Positions 31,767 to 43,129 of a stretch of DNA of 64,000 bases are shown in pieces. The stretch spans positions 480,001 to 544,000 of the forward strand of contig OZ219790.1 of the NCBI GenBank assembly GCA_964291215.2, read 5' to 3'. The notes under the pieces are model-generated. The model ran no database searches. It saw only the letters and a program-made list of their open reading frames with translations, and was not told the origin of the DNA. Position 1 is the first letter of the stretch. Each line of letters opens with the position of its first letter. Origin of the DNA: Alphaproteobacteria bacterium. Its GTDB lineage: Bacteria > Pseudomonadota > Alphaproteobacteria > MPNO01 > UBA830. Made by a program: the position numbers and the translations under genes.

Positions 31767-34667
31767 GTAACTGCTCACTCCCTGGTTCCGGCTTGATGTC
31801 GGGGTAGAGTAACGAACGGGTTTTCGTGGAGATTTGACACTGCAGGCCGATTCGTTTAGTGGTGGTAATCGAGAACGACGGGGACCGCCAGTGGGCTACT
31901 TTGGATCGAAGGCGACGAGCGGGCTGTGCCAGCTGCTTCCGGGGCTCCGCATGATCTGTATGTGGAAACGCATCTCGGAGGCGGTGCGCTGATGAAGCGC
32001 AAGGCGGAGTACCGGAAGATGCCGCCGGGTGAGCGCCAGGCGATGCTCGCGGCGAGGCCGGGTGACGGCGACGGGCGGCGCGCGAGGAGTTCGAAGCGAC
32101 CAGGAGCGCGGCGCTGCCGGCAAGGTGGCGGAAGAGGCCGTGATCCGCGTCCTCGTCATCCTGCTCGACATCATCATCGTCGTCCTTCTGGAGAAGACCA
32201 CGCACGAGCCGGAACTCCGGTCTGCCGCCGTCACAGACGGACAAGAGCGTGCCGGGAGCAACGGCCCGAAGCCGAACCGGCAGATGGGCGACAACCTGCC
32301 ATCGTCGAGGAGACGGTCGCGGCCTGCGACGCCTGCGGCGCTGACATCGACTGCGTCGACCCCGTCGATCGGGAGCGCCGCACGACATCGTGTTCGAGGT
32401 CGCGCCGCGCCGAGGAATGCCCGAAGTGCAAGGGCCGGTTTCCCGACAACATCCCGTGCAGTACGGCATCCAGGCCCTCGTCATCAACCTGCTGGTCGCC
32501 CGGATGCTGTCCCTGCGCCGTCGTGCTCGTGCAGGCGATATCAAGCTCTCCGAGGCCTCGGCCATGCTTTCACGATGCGTCATGGGAGAAGGCCGCCGTG
32601 GCGCACCTCCTGCAACGCCCGATGTCGACGATTTCGGATCAACCGCAAGTGGCTCCATGTCGTCGGGACGTGCAAGTTCCCGCACCGCAAGCAAGAGATC
32701 GGCCCGTGCTGCAAGGGCGTCCTGGGCCTCGTACATGGCAGTGTAGCCACCAGCGGCAGCCACCTGCTGCGCGAACTGACCTTCGTCGTCGAGGCTACCG
32801 CGCGACTGATGAAGAGCCTGCTCCCTGCCACAAGGTCAACAAGAGCGCATCCAAAACCCTGAACGAGGCCGGGCGCAAGCGCACCATCAGGGCGCCAGGA
32901 AACTGCCCGACATCCCGCCGCCGAAAGGAAAACGCATCGCAAACGCGCACAACCTGCGTCTCGTGAAACACGAAAACCTGCGCTTCACAGAAGACCATCG
33001 CGGTAGGGAACCGGGTTACCCCCCGCACAGAACCGGACGTGCGCTGTTCGCTCCTCCCCTGACGACAAGGCGCTGGTTTGGCCACGGGCTCAGTGGGCAG
33101 CGGTGAGGGTGTCTGTGTCCCCGGTGAAGTCCTTTTGGGAGCGTCGCCGAAGGGCACGCAGCTGTTTGCATTGGTGTATGAACTTCTGCAGGCTGCTTCC
33201 CGGAACGGCGTAGTAGCAGCCGTTGATAACTCACCACTTGGCCGTTTCGTACCGGTTATCGTGCCACCGCTTGCGCAAGGCCTCCTTGATCCGCCGCAGG
33301 GTGCCCGTTTGCGACCGACCCTGAACCTGCCTTTCCTTGTCTGTTCGCAGAAGTGCGTCATGCCGAGGAAGTCGAACGTCTTGTCCACGCTTCCGGCGGT
33401 TCGCTCTGGCAAACCGACCGAACTCGATGATTTTCCGGGTGCAGTTCAAGTGGGCCAGTCTCTCCCCAAGGTCCCAGCGCCGCCCAGATGCTGAAAGCCG
33501 CACACGAAGTCGTCCGCATAATGATCGTGTCCCGCTTGCGCCAGTGGTTCTGGAACCAGTCGCACGTAGTGCAGGTTCGCAAGGCAGGGCGCCGCCCCTT
33601 GCGGTGTTCCCTTGCCAGTCGGTCCCTTCCATGACGCCGGCGTCACTTGATGATCAGACCCCCCGATCCGTGAGCATCGCAACCAGATGGTCGCGGTTGT
33701 CGAAGGGGCGTCAACGATCCAGTTGACCTTCCGCCGTTCCACCGTGACGGCGCATGATGCGCCCCGGCCGGAACCGAGGAACTCCGTTTCGCGGCACCAG
33801 AATCACACCGCCCGCTGAAGAATCTTGTCCGAGGCAAGTTGCCCCTCCTTGGGAATGTAGACCCTGGAGGCGCCCGCCCCTGTGCACACGGGCGTGCAAG
33901 CAGTTCCACCCCGTACGTTTGCCACACAACGCCCCGCCGCCGCATCCTTCCTCAAGGAATGGAACGCAGAACATCACGTGGTGGAGTAAAGACGCTCTTC
34001 CGGGTTCCTCTTCGCTACCTGCCGCCTGTGACCCCCGCTTCTGCGCGCGGCGCGGGCCAACCGCATTGCCCTTCCCTCCAGCAACTCCGCAGGCTCCGGA
34101 GAGCCCTTGTTCGCCGCCTTCAGCGGTACTATGGCCGAATCTGACTTCTCGTTCATCATCGGCTTACGGAATTTCCTCTGCGGCCCCTCCACGACAGAGG
34201 GGCAAGACCTCCCAGGTCCCTGCTTCGGCCATGGTTCTCGGACCCCGCGGAGCCCCCCTCACCAACGCGGCTCGTTGCCTTCAGCCACGACCTCGGCACT
34301 CCGGTTTCAAAGCATCTCGTGGCTCAATAGCCTGCCGCTCCCCAACGCTTCGCCTGGCGACGCATGGTTCACGGAGAAATTAGCCTCTCTCGGGACTTGC
34401 ACCCGGCCACATTCCACCAGTTTGCCTGGCGCACCCGATGTCAGCTTCACCAACAATGCCGGAGAACAGAAAATCAGGATGGCAAAGGTCAAGGTGTCCG
34501 GATGCTTCCGCTCCACGCAAAAGCATGGTGCCAAGCTACCTCACCTCCATGGCCGCACTCGGCTACAATCATCACGTCGCAACCCAGATCGCCCTCGACG
34601 GAAAAGCCGCAGACATCATCAACGAGCACTATGGCCAATCAGAACCCAACTAGGGGTGAGTAGATAC
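31767..34667 (+). mobile_element. IS66-family element B copy 2, degraded, interrupted by a group II intron
   Basis: Ends GTAACTGCTCACTCCCT / AGGGGTGAGTAGATAC; exact 8-bp duplication CTTTTTTT (31759-31766, 34668-34675); fragments SHLLRELTF and FTNNAGEQKIRMAKVK. Confidence 0.9.
32997..34434 (-). mobile_element. Group II intron, degraded, with reverse transcriptase remnants
   Basis: 5' GTGCG at 34434; domain V/VI-like 3' end GCACGTCCGGTTCTGTGCGGGGGG...CCCTACCGCGAT; GTPQG, YADDFV and TFDFLG fragments; removing it restores the IS66 frame EDPDVSFTNN. Confidence 0.9.
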
Positions 34668-35356
34668 CTTTTTTTAGCGTCTTCCTGACCGTCTCTTCCG
34701 AAATGCGCTCGACGATCTCCACCAGACGGCCAGCGAGCAGCTTCAGCGTCCACAGCCCTCGGGCGGGGATGAGCAGGGCGACCAGCTTCGCCTCCATCGC
34801 CCCCGTTTCGGCCGGCGGTTCACCTGCTCCTTGCGGCTGAGGGCGGCGTCCAGCCCCTCCAGGACGCAGCGCAAGCGCTCGACCGTCGCCGTGCCGATGC
34901 CCAGCCCTTGCGCAATGTCGGCATCGACAAGCCGAGCGCCGTCGCGCCCCTCAGCATCAGGACCTGTGCCCGGCGCCAGGCGGCCCCGGTGCCGTCGACG
35001 ATCGCCTTCAGATCCTGGCGCTCCTGCGTTGAAAGGGTCACGCGGTAGAGCTTCCTGCCCCGAGAGTTGGCCATATGCGCCGCTCCTGTCATTGCGCCGA
35101 AGACCTGCGGACATGCCCGTTGTCCGGACCTGCGCATGGGGCTGCGGCTGCCTGCCTGTTCGGCATCTGCCCGCGTGGACATCGGCACTGTCCGGATTCC
35201 AACGAACGCCGACACGGAAATACTACCCACAAAAAACCATCAATACAATGCCGGTGGACTACTAGAACTCCCTGACAAAGGCTCGTCAAACGGACGAAAA
35301 CAACAACACCTCACCGCACGAACGAACGCTTACCTGAGCCTGGCCTGACCGGCTAT

Positions 35357-35712
35357 CTGTGTGTGGCGGCCGCGCGGCCGGCGGCGCCGCCGTTTCTCTC
35401 CCGCCCCTTCCTCATCGATCACCTGATCGGATCAAGGAGGGAGGGAGGGAGTCGATGAAGAGGATCGGCATGATGAAGATCAAGGATATCCTTCGGCACC
35501 GTCACGATTTTGAGTTGCCGCGCGCGCAGATCGCGGTCGGGGTGAGCACGGAGACGGTCTCGCATATGCTTGCCCGGGCGGAGGAGGCGGGGCTTTCCTG
35601 GCCGCTGCCGTCCGGTCTCGACGATGAGGCGCTTCGGGCGCGGCTCTACCCGGCGCCGGACCAAGACAGCGACCGGACGCAGCCCGACAGGGATGCAATC
35701 GTCGAGGCGCTC
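35357..35712 (+). pseudogene. IS21-family istA 5' remnant
   Basis: MKIKDILRHR...VSHMLARAEEAGLSWPLPSGLDDEALRARLY is typical of IstA N-termini; TG-starting end near 35357. Confidence 0.75.
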
Positions 35713-35949
35713 ACCGCGTCCCACAGCGTCAGGCTGCCCGTCAGCGCCCGGTCGGCGGTCACCACGAGGCGAGTTTCATTGCCCTCGGTCACCGCCGCAG
35801 GGTCCCGCGCCAGCGTCAGCACCGGCAACAGCGTCGTGTCCATCACCGTCACCGCGCCCGAGGGTTCCGTGTCCAAAACCGCCGAGTGATATGCGCAACG
35901 GAGCAATCTATTGTGCAACAAAATAGGAGTTAATGGAAACGAATGCGCA

Positions 35950-35978
35950 TTGACATACAACGATATCGACTGTACACT
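35950..35978 (+). promoter_or_regulatory. Sigma70 promoter of the AAA ATPase/S8 operon
   Basis: TTGACA, 17-bp spacer, TACACT; TAAGGAG RBS before ATG 36020. Confidence 0.75.
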
Positions 35979-36019
35979 GCATTCGCGGTGTGGCTCACAT
36001 GCCCTTCTAAGGAGTTAGT

Positions 36020-37237
36020 ATGGAGCACTTCTCGATAATTCAGGCCCTGTGTCGAGCAGCAATGGCGGATGCCTCCCCCGCGTTGCGGAAGCAGGTAGAG
36101 CGGCTGAAGGACGCGCTCGCCAAGAGCGGGGAGACCAAACAAGCGACGGCCCTGACCAGACTCCTCAGCGCCGCCGAGCGGACAAAGGGGATGGCACCGG
36201 GCCGGCTTGCGCGTTCGAGGGCGCAAATGCCTGGGGAAACGCTTAGTCGTAATACACCACTTCCTGTTGATCGCGAGACGTCTGCGCCGTTGGCTGAGCT
36301 CCTGTTTTCGGCGGACATTCGCGTCGACCCGCCCTTGTTCAATTCGACGATCACCGCTGCGATCGAGACAATCATCGAGGAGTGGACGAACTGTGAAGCG
36401 CTCTCCGCCATCGACCTTCAATCGCCAAAGACCTGCCTCATCTATGGTGCGCCTGGCACCGGCAAGACCCGCCTCGCCCTGTGGATCGCCTATAAGCTCA
36501 ATCTGCCAGTCGTACTGGTGAGGTTGGACGGTTTGGTATCCTCGTTTCTCGGTACGACCGCGCGCAACATCGGCAGTCTCTTTGCGTTCACGAACCGCCA
36601 TCGGTGTTTGTTGCTTCTGGACGAGTTCGACGCCATTGCGAAGCTCCGCGACGACCCGCAGGAAGTCGGTGAGATTAAGCGGGTGGTGAATGCCCTGTTG
36701 CAGAATCTGGATGCGCGTAAAGACCTCGGCTTCACCATCGGAATTACGAACCATGAGCGTTTGCTAGATCCCGCGGTCTGGCGGCGCTTCGAGGTGCAGC
36801 TTGAGACTCCGAAGCCGGACTTCCAGATGCGAATAGCGATCGCCCGGTATTTCATGCCGCCAATTGAAGCTCCCGAAAGCCATCTTCGACTGATCGCTTG
36901 GTTTACAGGGGGATGCACGGGTGCAGAAATCGAGTCCCTAGTGCGCACCTACAAGAAGGCCACCATGGTAAAGGATCATGATCGACGAAACTTATTGGAT
37001 ACGCTTCGGCAGTTCGCGACGCTCAATAGCGCACGCATCGACAGCACCCGGCGGGCGCTCCTGTTCAGCAATGCAGCGAACCTGTTTCGCGCCATGAAAG
37101 ATGATCCCGAACTCGGCTTTTCACTTACCGACATCGGCGAAGTCGCCGGCCGGGATAAATCCACAGTAAGCCGCCAACTCGGGAAGCTTGGAGATCACTA
37201 TCCTGAAACCGGCGGCGAGGTGAACACCGATGGCTAG
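36020..37237 (+). CDS. AAA+ ATPase (IetA-like)
   Basis: YGAPGTGKT, LLLDEFDAIAKLRDD..E.GE.KRVVN, TNH..LLDPAVWRRF; overlaps the S8 gene. Confidence 0.9.
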   Translation: MEHFSIIQALCRAAMADASPALRKQVERLKDALAKSGETKQATALTRLLSAAERTKGMAPGRLARSRAQMPGETLSRNTPLPVDRETSAPLAELLFSADIRVDPPLFNSTITAAIETIIEEWTNCEALSAIDLQSPKTCLIYGAPGTGKTRLALWIAYKLNLPVVLVRLDGLVSSFLGTTARNIGSLFAFTNRHRCLLLLDEFDAIAKLRDDPQEVGEIKRVVNALLQNLDARKDLGFTIGITNHERLLDPAVWRRFEVQLETPKPDFQMRIAIARYFMPPIEAPESHLRLIAWFTGGCTGAEIESLVRTYKKATMVKDHDRRNLLDTLRQFATLNSARIDSTRRALLFSNAANLFRAMKDDPELGFSLTDIGEVAGRDKSTVSRQLGKLGDHYPETGGEVNTDG

Positions 37238-39724
37238 TCCAATCCAGATCATCCTGAATCCCGAGAATTATGAGGAAGCTCGGGAGACCTCCGGCGGCGG
37301 TCCTAAGAAGGATTTCTTCGCAAACCGTGACCAGGAATTTCGACAACACAAGGCGCACCTCATCAAGCAGCTCAGAACCATTGCGGCCAGCCTACACGAA
37401 AATCCACAAACTGATCTCGGCTATGTCAAGGTGATCCTGCGTCGCTCGGCATGGGCCAAGAGCCACCGGCCACTGAAGGCGCTCTTCAAGCCGGATCGTA
37501 CTCCGATCATAGGCGGAGCGGATCTCGGCGTAATGCTCGTTGAAGCACGGCCTCCGGCCTTGTTGAAGGTCGCCGACGACATCGCCAACGCCGAGGATCG
37601 CACCAAATTTCGTTTTGTCGAGGCCCAAGGAAAGGAAATCCCGTACCCCTCAGCACGCCGCAGTGAAACCGGCGCCATCGAGCGAATTGAAATTTATGGA
37701 GAGAGCGACCACGAGATTTTTCGCTCGAAGAGGCCTTGGAATGGTTATCAAGCCCGATCACTGGCGGCAGCTACCAGATCGAGCTCTTCGATGTACCTCC
37801 CCCGCGGGGCGATTGGGACGCGCTCGACGACAGCCATCGCCGCCTGTTCCAGTCCTTTGTTGCTGGCCTTACGGCGCTCGGCGAGGGACTGATGGTTCAG
37901 CGGCTTTCCACTCGCGTCCGTGCCCAACCACTCCTGTCAGTCCGAGTGACTCGCTCCGTCGCCGCCCCAACACTGCGTCTGGGTCCATCCCCTCAGGCGA
38001 AACGCCGCCGTGCAGTCGCACCTTTCGATCCGTCTCAAGAGCGGCACAGGCACGTCTTGGCCTTCTTGGACAAACACCCCCTTGTGCGCAAGGTATCGCT
38101 TCCCGGCGTTGTCGTGCGAACAACTACCAATCAAGGCCGTGTACGCCCCAACGAAGCGTTGGTGCCGGTCCGAGATACGGCTAGAACCCATCCGAAAATC
38201 GGCATCATAGATGGCGGACTGGGTGCGGCGTTATCGGATTGGATAATTGACCGATGGGACATTCTTGCCGACGAACACAAGGATCTCGCGCATAGGCCTT
38301 TCATTGGCGGTCTTGCCGTCTTGGGTGGGGCATTCAATGGCACCCAATGCTGTCCAGAGGCCGATGGCGCTGAAATTGTCGATCTTGCGGTTTTTCCGAG
38401 CGAAAACAGCGGCACCATCGCGTCGTACTATCCCGAGGGCCTGCCCCAGTTTTTCGATGAGGTTGAAACCGCTGTAGGCGACGTACGATCACGACACGGC
38501 GTACGCGTCTTCAACATGAGCCTAAACGTACTGCAGCCAGCGACCCTTGATCGATACAGTCCTCATGCATCCCGTCTCGACCACATCGCCGAAGACAACG
38601 ATGCAATTGTTTTCGTGTCAGCAGGCAACCTCGAAACCCAAAATCTCCGCCCAGAATGGCCAAACGATGAAATACGGGCGCTCGCGACCATAGCGGCGTC
38701 GATCAACGACGGATTGCTCACGCCGGCTGAGAGCGTTCGAAATGTTGCAGTTGCCGCAGTCAACCCGCCAGGACACCCGGTTTCCGTCCCTTTCGCGCCA
38801 TGCCGCTTCAGTCGGCGGGGACCAGGCTTACGAGCTGGTGTAAAGCCAGATCTCGCTCATGTCGGTGGTTCCGGTTCTCCTCAGCCTCCTCTTGACCACG
38901 CTCTCTTCTCGGTCACACCTGATGGCGCGATCATCAGCGGATGTGGCACAAGCTATGCAACTCCGCTCGTTGCGAAGACGGCTGCTGTCCTCGACCACGC
39001 CATTGAGGGTAATGTCTCAAGAGAGACGCTCATCGGTCTCTTAGTTCATAACGCCCAAGTTCCGGAGCCGCTTCAGGCGAAGGCGTTAGCCCCGGTGGCT
39101 CGTCACCTAGTGGGTTTTGGTGTTCCATCATCGACAGAGCATATTCTGGAATCTGGCGATCACGAGATCACGTTGGTCTTCGCCTCGCGGATCAGGCGTG
39201 ATCAGCAGATGACCTTTCGGTTCTCCTGGCCTGCTTCTCTTCTAGGCCTTGGGGGGAAGTGCCGCGGCGCCGCGCGTTTGACCCTCGTGTCCTCGCCACC
39301 GCTTGATCCGCGCTATGGCTCTGAGTTCGTGCGGATCAATCTCGAAGCGGCCCTTCAGCAAGAGCAGCCTGCCGGCGGTTGGAAAGGCCGCCTGGATCCT
39401 GTCTATCTTCCGGGTCGAAGTGAGAATCCAGTTATCGAAGCCGAACTCATCGAGCACGGCCTGAAATGGAGTCCGGTCAAGGTCTTCGCCAAAACGATGC
39501 CGCGCGGGGTAGGTGCGTCATCTAACTGGCGGCTTTCCATCAACTACCTGACGCGTGCTGGTGAGAAGATGCCCGATGATGGGGTGCCCTTCACCGCAAT
39601 CTTGACGATCTCTGACCCGGAGGGAGCGCAGCCGGTTTTCAACGACCTGCGCCAAACACTCACGGCTCTCGGTGTGCAGATTGCCGACATCCGTACGGCC
39701 GCACGCATCACCTCACGCGTGTGA
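37230..39724 (+). pseudogene. S8 subtilase (IetS-like), split by one frameshift near 37710
   Basis: IGIIDGG, NMSLN, VSAGN, KPDLAH.GG and GTSYATP motifs; two overlapping ORFs (37230-37892, 37736-39724) join with a single-base shift. Confidence 0.85.
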
Positions 39725-39877
39725 TACCGGATACCCGAACGGGCTCCCCTTGCACAGCCATGCGACCGGCGGGCGGTCACTCCCCGGCCGGTTCGACGAT
39801 CACGCGCCCACGGCCCCGGCGGACGACATAGCCGCCCCGCCGGATCGAGAGCCTGCCGTCCCGGATCAGGCTCCACA

Positions 39878-40405
39878 GTAAGCGATGCCGGGAAGGCACC
39901 CGGGTTTCAGCTTGACGCGGGCCTGAAGTTCCAGGGCATGAGCTCATCGATCCGGCTGTTTGGATGGCCGGTGGCGATGGCATCGAGTGTAGCCTTTAGC
40001 CAGGCGTAGGGTTCGATGCCGTTCAGTTTCGCCTCTCGATCAGCGATGCGTGCCCATGCGGCGGCGCCTTCATCGTGACCGGCGAAGAGTGCGTTCTTGC
40101 GGTTTAGGGCGATCGGCCGGGCGAGGTTTTCCACGGCGTTGCTATCCATCTCGATGCGGCCGTCGGTGAGGAAGAGCTGGAGGCCGTTCCAGTGGCGGGC
40201 GATATAGGCGAGTTTCTCGCCAAGACGGAACTTGGACGAGACGCGGGCGCGCTGCTGTTTCAGCCAGTCGCCGAATGCCTCGACCAAGGGCGCGCTGCGG
40301 CTTTGCCGTTCGGCGAGCCTCCGCTCCGGCGCGCTGCCGCGGATGTCGGCCTCGATGGCGTAGAGCTCAGCAATCCGGCGCAGGCCCTCGGCCGCGATCT
40401 CCGAG
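39878..40405 (-). mobile_element. IS66-family element C copy 2, right end with tnpC 3' remnant
   Basis: GTAAGCGATGCCGGGAAGGCAC end; FLTDGRIEMDSNAVEN..RPIALNRKN. Confidence 0.88.
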
Positions 40406-40415
40406 CCCCCCCCCC

Positions 40416-42512
40416 GTAAGCGTTCGTTCGTGCGGTGAGGTGTTGTTGTTTTCGTCCGTTTGACGGGCTTTTGTCAGGGAGTTCCAGCGTCACCCGGAGC
40501 GGTTTCGTGCACCGGGATGCGCGGTGAGGCGCACTGGCGCCATGCCGTGTTTTCCGCATTGGTTGCGGTTTTGTCCCGGCGCTGCGGAGGAGGAGCTGAG
40601 CGCCATCCCGTGCCGGTTGCAGGGGGCTGAGGATCCGCTTCCAGTCCTTGCGGAGCGGGCCAGATGTCCTTCTTCGGCTTCTGTCATGTCGGTCGTAGCG
40701 GCCGCTGGTTGTTCCGACGCGGCCGGCAGACGCCGCGGGCCCTCGACCAAGGTCTTGCAGGGCACGGGCGCGGTGTTGCAGCGCGCGGTCCATGCGGCGG
40801 TCGAGAAGCAGCGTCTCGCCGTATGGACCACGTAGCGCATCTGCGCGCCGATCAGGCGCGTGTATCCGAGGTAGTGTCAGCGGGCGGGGCTCGTCGAGGG
40901 TCTTCGGGGCGGCGGCTCGGTGTCCGACGTGATCAGCTTCGGGGCTGGCGGCGACAGAAGGCGCGGGCGATGGAGTCCGCTCCGTGATCGTCGCAGCACT
41001 GCGCGACCATGAAGTCGCGCCCGTGGCAGCGGCACTCGACCTCGCTGCTCACGGCGGCGCTGCGAATCTCCGCCGCCTCTCCGGGCTCACGGCAACCAGG
41101 GCGACAGATCGCCGGGCCGCCGTTCTCCGCGCAAACATCAAGCCAGCGCAGAACATCGAGGCCGCTCCTCGCGACCGTGAACAGGACCGCCGACAGCCGT
41201 CCATGCTGTCGGAACCGAAGCCGAGCTTCCGCCCGTTGGCCGGGCCCCTGAGAGCCCTTTCCCCGAAATTGTTGTCCATGGTCGACGAACACGCGATGGT
41301 TGAGCGCAGCGGCCTGCCTTCCGGCGCCGCTTTCGGAAGCCTCGGCGCTTCCGCAAACAGCGACCGCAGTCTCCAGCGCCGCCTGCGCGGCCTCGAACGC
41401 CGCCGGAATCAAGACAGTCGAGCCGTGTTCAGGCGGCAGATCTCCGCGATCGATCCATTCCCACCCCTCCAGCTGCGGCCGGCGCAGTCCGGAAAGTCGC
41501 GTCGACAATGCGCCCGGCAACAGCACAGGATGATGAAGGACCACAGGCGCGCCAGCTTCTTGCAGGCGCCGTAGCGGCCGCAGACCGGATACATGGGGGC
41601 GTCCGCGAACAGCTTCGCCGCGGCCTCGGCGCTGCGCGAGGGGTGGAAGAGGGCCGCATGCACGCGCTCGTGCAGCACATGCGTCCACACCCGAATGCGG
41701 TGCCGGGAAACAGCCGCGCCGCCACCTCGCTCGGTGAACCGGGGCAGTCACAGCCCCGGCGCGGGCGGACAATCCGCCGCTTTTGATCTCGATGATCCTG
41801 GTGCGAACCGTTGGCAACGCAGCACGAGCAGGCGTCCTCCGCCACCTCCAGCCGCCGCTCCTCCACCTCCTCGAGCGCCGGCCGCGGTCAGGAGTGCCGC
41901 GCTGCTGGCCGCGCTTCGATGGCGCCCGCTGCCTCTTCTCGCTCTTGCGCCCGTACATCGACGACCTGTGAAGCTTGTCGTTCTCCACCTCGAGCGCCCC
42001 GACCCTCCAGAACCTTCATCGCGGTCTTCAGGTTGGCATTCTCCATGCGCAGCGATACCACCGTCGACCGCTTCCGCGCGCCGGCCTCGGCAAGAAGCTG
42101 GCCCGGACGCGCAACCTCCTGCTTCAGCGCAAGAGACTGCTTCGCTGTCCGCCGAACTTCCCTGATCTCCGCACGGGCAGCTGCCAGCTTCTCACGATTG
42201 CTCTCGAAAATCGCCTTCAGGGAATTCGCGCGGCTGCGCCCCTCCACCTCCTGCAAGCGCAGCTCCTCACAGCGCCCCTCCGCAGCCTCGGCTCGAATAC
42301 GCTCGCGATCGTACAGGGACTTCCAGGTGGCCGAATCACGACACGACGACTGCGGCACGTCGCCAGCGGCGTCCGCACCCGATGATGACACGAAATCCTC
42401 GATTCACATGACCATCTGATGGCACCGCCAAAAAAATTTACCAGCCCCCTTCTCCGAATTACCAAAACAAACCTCGGCGCAGATCGTCATCACCGCATGA
42501 ACGAACGCTTAC
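40416..42512 (-). mobile_element. IS66-family element A copy 2 (inverted, degraded)
   Basis: Both ends match copy 1; colinear with 28975-31113 plus 35263-35333. Confidence 0.9.
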
Positions 42513-42586
42513 CTTCGGCTCAACCAGGCGGCGGGCGCGATTCCGGCATCCAGGTTCCCGCAGCCTCCTGCGTGACCGGCCGGGCG

Positions 42587-43129
42587 TTACAACCACCACT
42601 GCATGACATAGTCGTAAGGGCCTTCCCTGTTGACGAGATCGACGCGCTGGACAACGATCCTGTAGCCATCCGCGGTGTTGGCAAGATAGTGGCGGTACTT
42701 TCCGCTGAAATGCCGGACCTCGTAGCGCAGATATTCGGAGCAGGCGAAGCGTGAGCGGACGATCACGTCGCCATTCCCTTCAACGTTCTCGACGAGGACG
42801 CCCGACACAACGTGGTTGAGGCGGTTATTCGGCGCCTGGCTATGCGCACGCGGATGCTGGTTGCGCCGGATCCGGATCCGCATGAGTTCGCGGTCTTCCC
42901 AGAAGATGTTGGGCAGCCCGTCGCCGGCCGTCTGTTCCTCCTCAGCGGGCATCCAGTAGCGCCCGTCCTCGGTGAACAGCGTCAGCCACTCATCCCATCT
43001 CTTCTCGTCAAGAATCTCCGCCTGACGGTACAGGAACCGCTCCACGGCGCATTGGATCTCGGAGCCGACCCCGGCCACCGCGAATGGATCGGACTCGGCA
43101 AGTGCCCTCAGTGCTGCATCCGCGCTCAC
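42587..43129 (-). CDS. Aromatic ring-hydroxylating oxygenase beta subunit
   Basis: FLYRQAEILDEKRWDEWL.LF..D..YWMP. Confidence 0.92.
   Translation of the reverse strand: MSADAALRALAESDPFAVAGVGSEIQCAVERFLYRQAEILDEKRWDEWLTLFTEDGRYWMPAEEEQTAGDGLPNIFWEDRELMRIRIRRNQHPRAHSQAPNNRLNHVVSGVLVENVEGNGDVIVRSRFACSEYLRYEVRHFSGKYRHYLANTADGYRIVVQRVDLVNREGPYDYVMQWWL

Larger units (their letters stand above)
31116..35262 (-). mobile_element. IS630-family element, degraded, interrupted by IS66-B
   Basis: TA duplicated within CTAG (31114 and 35263); IRs GTAGTC..GGCATTGT.GTATTGA.GG; fragments LDNLNTH, YTPKHGSWLNMAEI, DYEYERNG, KPWLKQYWCIP. Confidence 0.9.
28975..35333 (+). mobile_element. IS66-family element A copy 1 (transposase plus DUF4338 passenger, degraded; interrupted by IS630)
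   Basis: Ends GTAAGCGTTCGTTCATGCGG / CCGCACGAACGAACGCTTAC; fragments MYGRKSEK, CCRAHCRRDF and MDNNFGERA; DUF4338 remnant about 30575-30980. Confidence 0.88.

Noticed and set aside
32997-34434. RT remnants as a retron, DGR or defence RT
   Set aside because: The GTGCG start, domain V/VI-like end and precise frame restoration identify a group II intron.
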